A DNA stretch of 64,000 nt from Candidatus Omnitrophota bacterium (GCA_021735655.1 JAIPGM010000001.1:128001-192000), one strand, 5' to 3'; positions 27,501 to 42,500 are shown, counted from the first letter of the stretch. Notes: generated by a model not told the origin, from the sequence alone. Made by a program: numbers and translations.

Positions 27501-30500
27501 ACCTTTATTGAGAATATAGCTAAAATTCAGAGTACTATAATTTCAGAGATAATGAGAAGGTTAATTCAAGTTGATGAGCGGCTCGATCAGTTACTTGAAC
27601 AAATTGAACAAGAAGGTTCAGAAGTTAGCCAAATTTTAACTGAGCTATCTGAGGTATTTTCTGATATATATGGTTTACATTTTGAAGTTTGTATAACTAC
27701 AGCTAGTCGTTATCTTACAAAAGGTAACGATTTAGTTAAGGAAATATTTCAATATTTTCTTGATAGATTAGATGAGGCGAAACCGCTTGATAATGGCCGA
27801 AGACCTAGGCGGCGTTCAGATAAAGGTGAAAGTAAGTGGGATATTTTAGATCGGTTTAGCCAAAAACTCAGAACTGTGGATACGGAAGTATTAGCGGACG
27901 TAGACCAACAAAGAAGCATTGGAGCTAAGAGAAGAATTTTAACTAGAATCGGTATAGATGAAGCTAGCCAATTAGACGGAGCTTTCTTGCTAGGCGCAGT
28001 TAGCAAAGCCTTAAAGCGCCAGGTTGGAAATTTAAGCCATGATTCAAGCCCGATTACCGTAACTGAGCCGCTTATTTATGCTGGAGTTGGTCGTTTTCTA
28101 ATTTGCTATAAAGATGAAAATATTGACGATGGCCTAGCAGTTAAAATTGCTAGCAGCGAAGCTTCTTTGCGTAATGCTGATCTTTATTCTTTAAACGGAG
28201 TCCGCATCGCCATTAATCGTTTAGGCACAGGCTTAGCTGCCAGCACAATGATTATTGATGCCCGTTGGCCAGAGGTTAGGTCTTTTGTTTTTAACGTTAT
28301 TGATCAAGCTGGACATCCTAGAAGGATTGAAACTCAAATCGCTATCGTCCAACAAAAAGTTTTACCGTTAATTGAGTATTTAAAACGTTTAGGTCGTCGA
28401 GGCTCTAAGGACCAAGATGTATTAAAGGCAATTACCTATGTTGATAAGTTTAAACAGCTTATAATTGCTATGTATAAACAAGGGGTTATTGATGATGATA
28501 CTTTTAATATTGTGGGAAATTACGGGATATTAAAGGTTAATGATAGTATTGTAATTTTTGATCTCGGTGATCTTTCTGATTCAGCTGATCGAGCTGCAGG
28601 TTTTGTTAGAAATTTAGATAGCTACAACCAACAGATGTTTGAAGCCTTTTTAGAAATAGACGGTGTTTTCCTTGATGAACGGATTGCCGATTATTTTATA
28701 AATAACCCGTTAAAAAGAGAAGATTTTATTTCTGGCCAAGGAGATCTATTCGGATCCGAATACGATCGGGAAAGTTCAAGAATGGTTTTCCCTTACGATG
28801 AGGAAACAGTAAGGATGTGGGGGGTTCGGGCTTTTGATTTAGTAAGCCCCGATACAGAGGCTAGCCAGCAACCACTCAATAATGGAAAAGCTAGGACTAT
28901 TTCTCGTTTTGAACAAGAAACTAGAACTGAGCCTTATCTTGTTCCTGAAGCTGAAGGCGTTGTATATCAAGCAGTGGCTAAATTTTTTAGAGCTAATGGA
29001 GATAGCCAGACATTTAGAGTTCTAGATCTTTTCAGTGGAGCCCATACCTATATACCGACCTTGAACCAAGTTCAGGTTGAAGAGTGTATTGGCGTAGGCA
29101 TAAGGGCGCAAGAGTTAGAATTGAATCCTAACTTAAAAGGTAACCCTAGCTACTTAGTTTTAGATTTAAATCAGGATAAGTTGCCTGAGCAGTGGAATCA
29201 GCGTTTTGATTTAGTCTTAGTGGTTAACGGGGTAGCTTACGTTGAGGATCATTTCAGATTATTTGCTGAGGCTGCAACTGTGACTAGACTCGGTGGCAGA
29301 TTATTAGTTGTTTTTACTACTGAAGCCTATTCTACCGAGATTTCAAAAACTTGGAAATATTTAGGTAGCGGTTCTTTAGGCCAGAGAAATAAAATTAGAC
29401 ATATTAGTGAATCAATAGCTAGAGTTCGCCAGTTTGGGCCTGTTGCCCATGGACATTTTACTTATACCATTCAACATGGCTTAGATATTTATGATAAGCC
29501 TTTAGAAATCATTACTGCGGTCAGAAAGAGTAGTGCTATTCCGCTCGATAACGGTAAAGTGCGTTTGCCGATAAGTCCTTTGAGGTTAGCTTCGTTAGTA
29601 ATAGTTCCCTGGTTTGCTATCGGATTATCGATTTATTTTGGTGATTGGTACGTTGATACAGTTAAATCATCGGATTTAAACGCAATGTTAGTTAAAGGGT
29701 TTTTAGGTGGTCTAGCTTGTGGTTTTGGGATGTATGTAAAGCAGACAATTAGTGGCCAAACCCTGAGCCGTAAAAATTTCGGAAAGATACTTCGTTGGAC
29801 TTTAGCCGGATCAATATATTTAGGTTTAATTGTTTTTGGTGCCTGGTATGGATTTTTGAAAGCTAATGTTCCCAGTGATGTTTGGAAGGTTATTTTAGAT
29901 ATAACTTTATTTTCAGCTTTCATCGGTTTACCGCTAAACTATTTAATTCAAAGATATATTGTTGACTATGACAGCTACCGTAAAAAAACAATTAAAAAGC
30001 ATATTGTTAATTATCTACGTCTTTGGATTTTTAATGCCAGCTGGTGGGGATTTTGGTTAGGCCTTTCTTGGTCACTTTGGCCGGATAGTATCGACCTTAT
30101 TGTGGCCAATGTAAGGATTATTTGGTCCGGCATATTTATTTATTATCTTAGTGAGTGGGTTGAATCTGGTTCAAGTAGTCTACAAGCGTCATCTAAACCA
30201 CTCGATAACGGCCATCAACCGCGTAAAATTATTTGGATTAATTTTGGTGGTTGGCGCGGCTATTGGTTTGCGGCAACCGGCATTGAAACTTTAGCCGGTT
30301 TTATTGAGAAAAATTATTCCGGCGAGTTAGAGCAGGAAGTTTTTTATTATAACCCTAGCCAGATTACTCAATTTAGCGAGCATCTAAGTCAGGCCTCAGC
30401 TGATTTTATTTGTTTTTCAGTTAATCCGATGTATTTTGATTTGGCTATGGATTTTGCTCAAGAGATTCAAGCTAGTTTAGAGGCTTCACCTAACACGAGA

Positions 30501-33500
30501 TTAGTTTTTGGTAACCGGGGAATATCTGGCAAGGAAGCAGCAATCCTAAAAGCTTTTCCTGAAGCTTTAGTAGTAACCAACGAAGGTGAAGAAGCTATGC
30601 TGGGAATTGTTAAAGGCGACGCCCGAGAGTCAATTCCTAATCTTTGGTATGTTGATCAAAACGGAGAAGCTAAATTTACTTATCCTCAGGTACTTTCGGC
30701 AGCTGATTACGTGGCTCCTTCTAAAAATATTCGCAAGATCAATGAACAGCCGCTTCCTTGGTATCAGGATGTTGGCTTTGTTGAGGGAACTCGTGATTGT
30801 TCAAAAGCTAGTTCGCGGCCTTGCACTTTTTGTGTGCATAGTTGTCGTCGAGCTCAGATACCAAAAAATCAATGGCGCTTGCTTAATGTTGCTGAGACTT
30901 TAAAGAGTATCGAGGCAGAAGTTAATTCCGGTAAAAGTACAATCAACATTGTAGCTGAAGATTTATTGGGTAGCGATCCAAAGCAAGTAGAACTTTTATT
31001 TTCCGGGATTAGGCAACTAAAGCGAAGCGGACGTATACCTAGGACAACTACCTTTTATGCTTCAATTATGACTTATCACATTTATCGTCGGGCTGATTCT
31101 TTATGGAGTAAATTTAAAAAGATATTGCGGCTTATCCGTATGCGCCGCCTCGGGTTTACTACGGTTTTTGTTGGTTTTGAGAGTGGTTCTGATCCTCAAC
31201 TTAAGCGTTACAATAAGGCTGTATCGGCCTTTGAGACTAGAATGGCTATTCGGATATTGCTTTGGCTCGGGTTTCATATTGATGGTGGTTTTATTAATTT
31301 TGACCCTTTAATGAGCCTGGATGATTGCTTGACTAATGTAGCTTTCTTGCGTTTAGCTAAGGTGCCTAAATTATTATTGTTTCCGTTTAATCAGCTAATT
31401 GTATTTCCTAATACCGCTTATGCTAAGTTAGCTGGGAGACGCCAGCCGGAACCAGTTGTTCAAAGGCTACTTAACTGTATAGCTAGAGTTAATCAAGAGA
31501 TACCTTATTTTCAGTTTGAGATATTCTTGCAACGTTTGCGCTTAGCTTATTTTGCCGGGACTGATAAGGCTAGTATTCGAGAATATGAACAAATTCTTTA
31601 TCGTTATGGCAATCTTTGTTTAGATTTTATCGAACAGATTGTAGTAGCTCTAAAGAGAGGCGCAAGCGATTCTGAACTAGAGACTTTAACCGATCAATTC
31701 CTAAATAGACACAGGCAGTTTATTGATAATTTTTATATTTGGGCTCGGGTTAGGGCACCGGAGATGTTTGAGCGAACCATGTATGCGGTTCGGCCGCAAT
31801 CCAGCGAAAGAGCCGGTTATGTGCCGGGTTTTAGTTTTTGCGATCTTGAGCAGTATGGTTCTTTAAATGTTCCTTCTGGCCCTGCGGAAAGTCTGATTGA
31901 TATTGAGCCTTATGTTGACGATCGAATTCCTCAAGAAATACCCTTAGCAGTAGCCCAAGGCCAAGCGGCAATTGAAATCCATTGTGGATTAGTTGTTGAC
32001 ACTAATACTTTACTTGGGCAATGGCGAGCTCAAGGAGCCACAGTTAGTGAGCTTTCAGTAGGGGTGGCCAATCTTAAAGAAAGCTGGTATGTAGTAAATC
32101 GAGAAAGTGGTGTCACCTATGTTTTAAGACGAGTCCAAGGCAAGACTCGCCTTAATCATTATTTGGCGATGTTGAAATATTTGGGTGTGCCGCGTGAAAA
32201 AATATTTGTCCGAGATTTTAAAACTGCTTACCGAACTATTTATCAGAATAATTTAGCTGATTTAGCCGGCAAGCTCACCCAGTGTGTATTTAGTTTTAAT
32301 CTCACTGAACGCTTGGAAGATCTTCAGGCAGTTTATCCGGCAGCAACCGTAAGGGAAGTTCAGGTTGATGGTTTTCATCATGCGGTTATTACCTTTAGCC
32401 GAGATAACCAAATTCTTTTAATTGATCTTAGTGATGCCTACGGAAGTCAAATTGCTCAAGTTCTTGACTTTGTAGTTAGCCCTCTCGAACAAGGTGGCTT
32501 AGCTATAGAAAGAGTTTTATTTTTAGGAGCCTGTGGAGCAGTAGCTGATAATATTGCTTTAAATGATGCAGTTATAATGCAGGGTTTAATTGATGATGAT
32601 CCTCAGGCAGTTGGTTTTCCGGTTAACCAAGTTGACGCTGATCGACTTTTTAGCTATTTAAATTTAAGTTATGAAGATTTTAACGACATGATTCATACAG
32701 TAGGCGCTCGGGGAGCGCATTCTGAAGGTTTATGTTGTCAGACCACTGCTAATCTTGCTGATTGGCAAGCTCGCGGAGCTGATTTTGTTGAAATGGAGCT
32801 ATTGCCTATTATTGAAGTATTAAGAAATTACTGGCATGTTCAGTTGGAAGTAATTCTCCAAGTTACCGATCTTTTAGGCCGTGAGAAAGAATATCAATTG
32901 GGTCAAGGGGTGCCAGCTGCCGCTGAAGCTAGGAGAGCAGCTCGTTTCCGAAAGGCGATTGCTTTATATTTAGTTGGTAATTTAAAGCCAAAAGTTACTG
33001 TAAATGCTAGTCGAAACTTTAGCCTTGACGCTGTTCCTTTGGATAACGGAAAAAGCGAAAAAACTAGTCCAATCGTGCGAGCTCCGCCTTTAGATAATGG
33101 CAAGCAAAGCAAATCTCACCCGGCAGTAATTAGCGAATATGAGGTTTCACGGTTTGTGGCTAAAATAGCTCAAACCCGTCGTCAGGAGATGAGGGTAAAT
33201 ATTCGCTCTAGCTTAGGCCTTGAGTCTTTTATTAGTTTAGTTAAGGGGGAGCGTCTTGAAGCCCTTAGAGAAAAAGTTATAAATTTACATCAATCCGGTG
33301 TTAGGAAGATAGTTTTGATGAACGCTACTGAATCTGGTGGTGGCGTTGCCGAGATGATGCATGATATTGTTTCAGTTATGTGCAGCGCTGGAATGGCTGC
33401 TGAGTGGGTTGTTATGGATGGCCACAGTGCTTTCTTTAATGTAACTGTGCATATTCATGAAGGACTTCAGTCGCCAGCCAAGGAAGATATTTCTTTAGAG

Positions 33501-36500
33501 GAAATAGCTTTGTTTGACGAAGCCAGTATCGGAAATTTTGAACGCCTTGAGCAGGATGGTTACTTTGATGGACTTGATTTATTTTTTGCCGAAGACCCTC
33601 AGATAGTCGGTCTAATACCATTGATCAGGGCTTTTTATCCAGAGGTTCATCTTGCTTGGCGTTGTCATATTGACACCTCTACTCCTAATCGTCAAATTGC
33701 CGAATTTGTTAGCGATATGGTTAGCGGCCGTCTTGATCCAGTACGGGATAAATTACTCTATGACTATCTTTTAAAGCGTTTAATGAGAGAGGGTATGATT
33801 GGAGCAGCAGTTGATTTTGAACAAATGATGCAGGCTAATTCCCTTTCGGTTAATCTTGCCCAAGTTGCGACTAGAAGATTGTTGGCCGATATAGCTATTT
33901 ATCACACCGAAGAATTTGCTTTAGGATTACATCTCCAAACTAAAGGCGTGCCAACCTTTATTATGCCTCCGGCAATTAACCCTTTTAGTTATAAAAATAT
34001 TCCCCTAGCTGATAATTTTATTCGGGCAACTATGGTTAAATATGGTTTAGATCCCAATAAATTTACGGTTGTTGAAATATCACGTTTCGATCCTTTTAAG
34101 GGGCCGCTGGAGGCCATTCAGGCTTTTGTGCGTTTATTTTTGGATAATCCGGGATTGCAGAATGATTTACAATTTGTTTATGCCGGAAATATGGCTGACG
34201 ATAACCCTAAGGGAAAACGCGATTTTGAAAAGATCGATGCCTATTCTCGCTATCTTAGAAAGAAATTTCCTAAACTTAGGAAAGCCTTGTTTTTGCTCGG
34301 TCTTGGGAATAAACCCGGGACAGTAGCCTTAAATTGGGCCCAGAGACGCAGCTTGCGTGTTGGTGGTCAGTTTGCTCGGCCATTTTCTCGGAAAGAGATA
34401 GGTCGACTCAACGGTGTTGAGATAAATGCTCTTGAGGTTAATGCTTTACAGCAACAACTTGAGATGGAAAAAAGAGACGGTAGGTTAGTTATTTCTTTAC
34501 CGCGTAAAATAGCAATACAGCCTTCATCAAAAGAAGGTTTTGGCTTAGTGGCGGCTGAGGCTACCGGAAAAGGTACTCTGGTTATCGCTTCTTTGATCGG
34601 TGGCCTTAAAGCGCAATTAAAGGATTTGCTTGCGCAAGCTTCTTGGTTGGGCATTAACTATACGCCGGAGGAAATTAGTCAATCTTTAGAGGTGTATGAC
34701 TCAATGGATTCTGATCAGCATAGAGGTGTTGTTTTCGATGTGGCTTATTTGGAAAGAATTAATTTATATCAACGGCTTAATCAACGAGAATTCGTTTTGG
34801 GTTTAGCTACCTCTCTGCGGGTGGCTTACGAACTGGCTCATAAAAATCCAGATGTCTATCGAGAGCTCGGTTTAGCTGCACGTTGCCAGACTTTAGATAA
34901 GTTTATTACTCTAGCTAATGTTGAGAACCGCTTAGCCGCCGCTTCCTTGATTGTTGATAATCAGCAGCCCTTGGATAATGGTAAGCCAGAAGTTCCGATG
35001 CCTTCTTCTTATTGGATCGATCATAGCCTTCTTCATGAAATTGATAATGTTTGGGCTAACTTGGATTGGATTAATCCCGGGCCAAGTTTAAGCATAGCTC
35101 GCCAGATTGAGAAAAATTTTAAGCCAGCACAAGAGCCAGGTTTTTTAAGAGTTAGCATAGATGCCTTTGGTCCGCTTAACGGATTTAAAAATCAAGTATT
35201 AGCTGAACATGAGCAGTATTTTGATTCCGAGGTTTATAAAGATTATCGAGCTGGCATAATTCATGCTATTGATAATCTTTGGCAACACGGCGGAAAGTAC
35301 GGTGCCTTATTTTTGATGGCTCAGCTTAGAGGACGAACCGTACGCTTTACTTATTGTTTGCTAGATCGCGGTGATGGTTTTATTAATGACGATTACAACC
35401 ATGTTCGTTTAGAAGAAGCCGTTCAGGCACATAGAACATTTAAACGAGCCGGCAAGAATGGTATGGGCCTTTATTATATGGCGATAAAGCCGGATTATTT
35501 TTCAATCACCGCGGTTAATTGCTACCGGGCTGTTGCCACAACTCAAGCTCACTATTGGGAAACTGGCTACACTAAAGAATGGCCGTTTTGCCCGCAACAA
35601 ACTCCGGTTAACAAGGGGGTGCGGGTGATTTCGGTAAAGGATGTAGCTTTAGGCCTTTTGCCATTTTCGAATATGCAGCCGTTAGATAATGGCCGTCGAA
35701 CTGATGAAGAACGCCTGGATTTTATCGGATTTTTAGTTGAGTCATATTTAGAGGCTTTATTTACTTTCCGGAGGTTAAGAGCAAATAACAGCGAAGTAGC
35801 CGAGATGTATCTGCCAGCAATTTCCGAAACTGCCGTTAGAAAGAAACGAGCCAAATGGGTAGTTACAGCTGTTGAGGTTGCCCGTGAGGCATTTCAGGTT
35901 ATGGCTCGAGCTGATTTTCGACATTCATCCGGCTTAACCATTCGTTCAATCTTTGATTCAATTTTGGCTTCTGGCGGTCGCAACCAAGCAGCTAATGATC
36001 TAGGAGTCGATCGCGCTAGCCTTACTCGCTGGATGCATAGCTTACCTAATGATTTATTAGGTGGGTTAGATCCAGAATTAGCAGTCTTCAAACAAAGAAT
36101 CCTTGATTTATTTGATGAAAACAATACTCGACCCCTAGACAACGGTAAAGAAAATATAGATTTATTAGCGGTTACAGCAGTTAAAAGAGAGGACACCTCA
36201 CCGTGGCTGGCGGGCCCTCTCTCTGCTGTAGCCCCTATATATATAGGTAAACAGCAGGGGCCGCTAGATAACGGCCGAGCGCCTTTGGATAATGGCCAGC
36301 CAGCTAACTTTTGGAAAGTTTTGCATTCTGGTATATACGTACTTCCGATATATTACACTCGACTTTTCGATACAGCTAAAGACGCAGGAATTGGAAAATA
36401 TACTTATGTAGTGCCGTTTGTTCGTGATCATGTATTGTCTTTAGGCCATCAAGCGATACTTTTCTTACCGTTTTCTTTGCAGTTACCTTGGTCGCAATCT

Positions 36501-39500
36501 CCTTATGATGCGGCTGATTGGCGTTATTTTAATACTGATTATATTGATTGGGGGCTTATCCCTGAGGCTCAACCTTTTCTAGGTAAGTTCGATTATTACG
36601 GTCATTCACAGCGTAGCGTTGATTTTCGATCAATCCGGCCACGTGAATTATTAATCGGAAAGGCCGCCTTTCTTAATCTCAGAGACAATCGAGAAAAACA
36701 ATACCGCCAGCGCTGGGAAGATTTTCAAAGGTTTGTTAACAATCAGCGAAGTAGAGGGCCGGAGTGGGATTTAACCCATCTTGGTCATTACCGGGCCTTC
36801 AATGATGTCTTGGGTAATGATTTTGGTTTATGGGTTCATGAAGGGATGTATTGCCCTAGGCAGGATACCCATCCAGATGTTATCAAGTACAACGTTGCTG
36901 AGCAAAATAAAAATATGCAATATTCAGATTTAATTCAGTTCTATCAATACCAGCAATGGATTGCTTTCGGCCAGGCTCGCGATATGCTTGAAGGTTTGCG
37001 CAATATTGGTGTCTTTTATCTTTTAGATAATCCTTTCTTTCATGCTAAGGGTGGTATTAATTTTTGGACCCAAAACATCATTTCAAGAGATAGGCATTAT
37101 GAATTTTTTGATCGTTCACCCGGTGTACCCGGAATCGGTAGTGACCCTGAACAATTCTGGACATCTTTGGTTCCTTGGAATTGGCCTAGATTAAGAGAGT
37201 TGGACTATGAACCTTTCTTAAACCCTTATCATTATTATTTAGGTGATTTGGGCGCTCAGGGAGTTCGGGCTGATGCTATTCATTTTCTTTTTCCTTGGAT
37301 TCATTGGGAACGCGGTCCTTATGCTGCTAATTTTCAGAGTTGGGAGTCCCCGGGTCATGATTTACTTTGGAGATTAGACAACGTTTTTAATTCTTATGGA
37401 GCTTTCAGGCTTGGCGAGTTACTTGGCCCGGGTTTTGAAAGTATTCAGAGAATGGGCTTTGATAATTATCACTGGCATTTCTATCGGATGTGGAAATGGG
37501 GTGGCGGACCTGATTTAAATCCGGGTTGGAACGCAAAAGCTTTAGAGTTACATGATGGGCCGCGGGTTTGTGTTGACCATGAACACGGGTTCTATCCTTA
37601 TGCCGGACACGCTTATTTACGGCATCGTTTGGAGGGCCCGGGCGGTCTAAAAGAATTAAATAGTCGTTTCCTTTTAGGCAGTTCGGATATAGCTATGGTT
37701 TATGCCGGAGATGAAGTAGCCGACAACTGGTGGATAAATAACCCTAATCTGCCTGAGTGGATGATGGATCGTAATTGGGCCACTCGAATGCCAATGCAGG
37801 GCGATCAGGATTTTGATCTTTCAGTAGCCTTGTCCATGCTTGAGCATCGCCGTTGGATTGGCCAGCGTCTAATTGAGCGGACGCCTTTGGATAATGGTAA
37901 GCAAGAGTTTAATCATCTTAGCTTGGTTGAATCTAACGGTGAACAAAAGTTATACTCAGCCAGTAGTTTAGTAATATCTCAAAGGGGAGTCTATTTAAGC
38001 CCGACATCAACCGGGCCGAAAGAGGTAATTTCTCAGATTCAACTTAGCCCAAGCGGAATTAAAGTTTCCGGGGAGTTAACTAGCCAGGAGCCAAAATCCC
38101 GGCCAATAGATTATCGTCACTCTTATGAAATTAACTTTTATTTTGAAAAATTAGCTAAAGCCTATGGCCGCGGTTTGTTTGTCGGTATCAATGACGTACA
38201 GCTTTGGATTCGTCTTAGCCAGGCTTTGGGTGATTTTTTATGGGGCGTTTTGCGTCTTGAAACAGGGATTTTTGATATTCCCGATAGAAAATTACGACGC
38301 CTGGTGATTCAGGAAGCGCTTTATCATGAGGTGATGACTAGTGCCTTGGGGCTTTCAGTGGCTAATCGCGGCTTGCGTGAGTTTTTTGCAACCATTTTAA
38401 GTGTCAGCCATTTTTGCTATCTTAGCGAGATAGCTAAAGATCAGGATAAGCTTAATTATCGTTTAGGGATTCTGCAAGCTCTTGATCGGGGTTTAATCCA
38501 GATGAGTGATTCACTGGCTGGGCTATACCGTCAAATTGCCGAGTCTGGCAGTTTACCTGATCCAGCAACCTTGGTAAAAGCAGTTATAACCCATATTAAT
38601 GAAGAAGAACGATACCATAGTGACCGGCGTTCATTTAGGGATTATGTTCGAACTAAGTCCGAGAATTTTAGCGGACGCTTTACAGTCGGAAATCTTACCC
38701 AGGCGGTATTAAATGATTCAGCTTTACAGTTAGAGTTACAGGCAGAGTGGACAAATTTCTTGGGATTTTTAGCTAATTCACAAACCGTAGCCCGTGCCTG
38801 GCAGCCGAAAATTAAATTTATAAGAGGTCCGCGGGGCATAAAGGTTATTAATCCCCAAGGCGTACCGGATCAAGGCGGCTATCAATTCCAGCTGCAAAGT
38901 TTCCGGGCAATTTTTGACTGTTTGGGTTTGCCTAATCCGCTTAGTGAGCCAGCTGCCCTAAATAGATATTTAGGTTTTCTGCCTGAGCCTCCTGAGTATG
39001 ACTCCCAAGCCGTAAATTTACCGGAGTTAAACATCAGTCAAATTTTACCCGGAGTAGCTGTTGTTTATCCGGATAGTTTGGAAGCTAATCAATTAGCGGT
39101 AAGGCGAGCTTTGTATGAATTGATGAATTTTCGGGTTTGGAAGTTAGCCGTTGAAATACGTGGCGCCTTAGGTACAGAAGATGCTTTGTTTTTTGATCAG
39201 CATTGTCAGGTACATTCCTTTGTTGATGTAGCCCAAGGGTGGATGTTAGATTTAAATCCCCAAAGCCCGATAGTCTATGATGATGTTTTACCCGGCGGCC
39301 AAGCTTACGAAGCGCCGGAGCAGCCGGATTTAGCCGAACATGAGCGATTGCATCAAAAGGCTCAGGCAGTTTTTTCAAAAGTTTGGGCAATCACTATGAA
39401 CAGGTTCTTGCGGGATCAGCGGATGTTTGGCGGTGAAGCCGTGGGTTTAGTTGGCTTTACTACAACCGTACCAATATTATATCGTTACATACAGCAATGT

Positions 39501-42500
39501 AAGCATTCTGAGCCGGAATACTCACTACAGCGACCTTTGAATAATGGCCTAGGCATACTTCAATATTTACAATCTTTACGTCGTAGCCAGGAAACCGAGG
39601 CTGCTAGAAGGGTTAGTCTAGACCAAGGCTTTGGGCAATTAAAAAGTTTATTAGTTGAAAAATTACAGTCGATTGATTCAACCACTTTAAGCATTGCAAA
39701 TCTTGATCAGGCTTTGAATGAAGATAGCCAGGCGATATTTTTAACCTTAGAGCAATTAAGAGAGGCACGCTTTCAGGCTGAGAGCTTTCGTAATGGGCAG
39801 GTAAGTATGTGTGATCTTGCTAGCCTAGCTTTGGCCGCTGCCAGCGAAGAAGTTTTTGGCCAGAGACACTTAGTTAAAATAGTTGTTGGCTATTATCGGG
39901 TTGATGAGCAGCTATATAAAAAACATTATTGGGTTGTGATTGATGAAACATTGTTGATTGATATAACTTATGGTCAGTTTGATCCGGACCATCTCAATCG
40001 TATTTTAGTTGCTACAGTAGATGATTACTTGAGATTAAAATTAGAATATGGTACAGAGTTAGAGCCGCTTGATAATGGAAAACAAACTCAAGTTCAGCCT
40101 ACTTGTTTAGAGGCTAGGTGGTGGAATAATTATTATCCCGGGGTTATCGAAGGAACTGGAATAAGGCCGACTGCCCGCTCACTTAGCTTTGAGCAGATCG
40201 AAGAAGTGGTTTGTCTATTACTTCTCGATCAAGCCGGCCAGGAATTGGTAGCTAAAATAATAAATAGAGAACTGCCCGATGTATATCCTTCGGTTCGAAG
40301 AACCGCTCTTAAAGCTATGGTCAGGTTCGATCATTACGAACTTTTTGGCCCGAAGATAATTACTTGTTTGCAGGATGTAGTCAGAGATGGAGCTGAGATG
40401 TATCAGCCTTTTGCTCTTTATGCTTTGGCTCAGACCCCGGCTTTTAATGGCCCGGTTGCCAATAGATTTGCCGAGGAAGCACTTAAGGGGACCCTTAAAC
40501 CAAGCCCAAGAAAGCCTACCGCAGCCGAAAAAACTGCCTTACAGGAAGGGTTAGAGCCAAATACTCAAGCGATTAGATTTAAATCCCGGCTTGCTTCAGT
40601 TGAATATTTAAAAGGAGTTTTAGCTCAACGTCAAGGTTGGGCTCGGGTTTGCCTCGGAACAGTACCACATTTTAGTCGGGTTAGCAATCGCGCTTTAATC
40701 AATAAATTTGCTGCTCAGGTATTAGCAGCTGATAAAAAGCTTTCTTCTAGTTCAGCTCAGCGACGCCAGAAAGATAAGTCAGAATTTTGGGGTCTTGAGC
40801 AAGCTGAGTTTATTCATCCAGCTACTGGCCATGAAGCTTTGGTTGAGCTGGCCAATGATCCGGAGTTATCATCTAGTGATGAAAGTCCTTTGGTTGATCA
40901 AATACTACATCAGATGGAGGAATTAGGTTATGTGCCGATATTGCGACCCAGTAAATTTCAGCTTACTGAGCCAGCTCAAGGTCAGGAAGCTGAAATTGAT
41001 CGCGAGGCGCTTTGGACCAAGGATGCTGTTTTGATGATTTCTACTAAATTCGGAATAGTTCCGGTTTCTTCAGCATTAGCCAATCTTAAGGGCGGTGAGT
41101 TCGTCAGTGGCTATGGTAAGCGCGGCAGCTTTATGATTATTCCGGCAGCCGCTCTAAATTCAAAACAGCAGCTATCTGATATAATTCCCGAGGTTCCGAT
41201 TCATGTATTTCCTTCGGGATTTTTGGTGATCAATGATCAGGGCGTAATTCGTTTAAGAGGAACCTCGCATATTGACACTTCTTTAGGAGCAATTCCGATT
41301 ATGGCCCGGCCAGAATCAGGCCAGTTGATGTTAATCGATCCTTTGTTGCATCAGGTTGCCCGTACACACCCTCGCTATCGCGATCACTATCAATCAGTAG
41401 TTCAAGAAGATGGAGTGCGTTTTATTGATGTGCCCGAGCCTGAACGTCATTTAAATCCTGCTAATTTTGGTATTCTTCCCGGTGGAGAAATATTTATGCC
41501 TTATGCGCCGCGGACTAAACAAGTTTTAATTGAGGCTGGGGTTAATGAGCAGTATATAATAATGTTACCAAGTGAATTTAATAAGTATTTACCAACCCTT
41601 CATGTTTTGGCGGGGAGTATTGGCTGTTTAGTGGCCCAAGCTTTTCATCCGGTTGAGAAGCGAGAGCCGCTCGACAATGGCCATGAAAAAGAAAAACGGC
41701 AAACTAGATCCCGAGCAATAGATATATCAACCAAAGGTGCTGAAGATTTATTGTTTACTGAGCTTCAAACAGGGAGTTTAGTTAGTTTAGTGGTTGATGG
41801 CCTTGAGTATTGGCTTAGCCTTGACCAGGGCGATGAAGTTTGGTTTGATTTATATCGGCCTAAAGATGATATCATTGGCTATATTTATTTTCGAAATGAC
41901 GCAATGCCAGCCAGAAAAATAGCCAATTTTGGCGGCCCGAGCATTGTTCCGGCTTACCGGGGCAGGCATTTGTCGCGAGTTCTTTATTTTGTTTATTTTC
42001 GTTATCTTTGGCGCAATAATTATATCCCTGAAGAAGACTGTTTGACTATCGATGATCGATTGGCCCTAAAGCTTTATCATGAAGCTAAAAAGTTTTATTA
42101 CGATCAAGACCATACCTTTACTCCGTTTCAGATTATTCCCCGAGCCGAAAAGACTAAAGCTGCAAAACCTTTAGATAATGGCCACGATATGGTTCAAAAA
42201 CAATTATTTGAGTTAATTAAGCGTAAGTCAGATTCGATTAAAACTTTCTTAGAGCCGTTTGAAGCTTGCCTTGCTTACAATGGAGTGTTAGCTTTGCTGA
42301 TTCGAGGAAGGCCTGACTTGAGCGTTAAATTTTTGCTTAAGAAGATTGGCTCGGCTGAGCATTGGTTTTTACTGGCTGAAACTGTTTTAGGAAATCATCA
42401 GTTTGTGGTTGATATTTCGCCGCAAGGAAAGATGTTTACCGATATTGAGGTGCTGGTTGTAGATTGTGCTGAAGCCGGAAAAATAAATTATCTATATGAA

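Noticed and set aside
39534-39548. PLNNG-L at 39534 as a genuine linker.
   Set aside because: Not rejected outright but down-weighted. It has N instead of D and a hydrophobic Leu after Gly, unlike the K or R after Gly at most other sites. It could be a chance pentapeptide inside one protein. It is kept as a low-confidence boundary.
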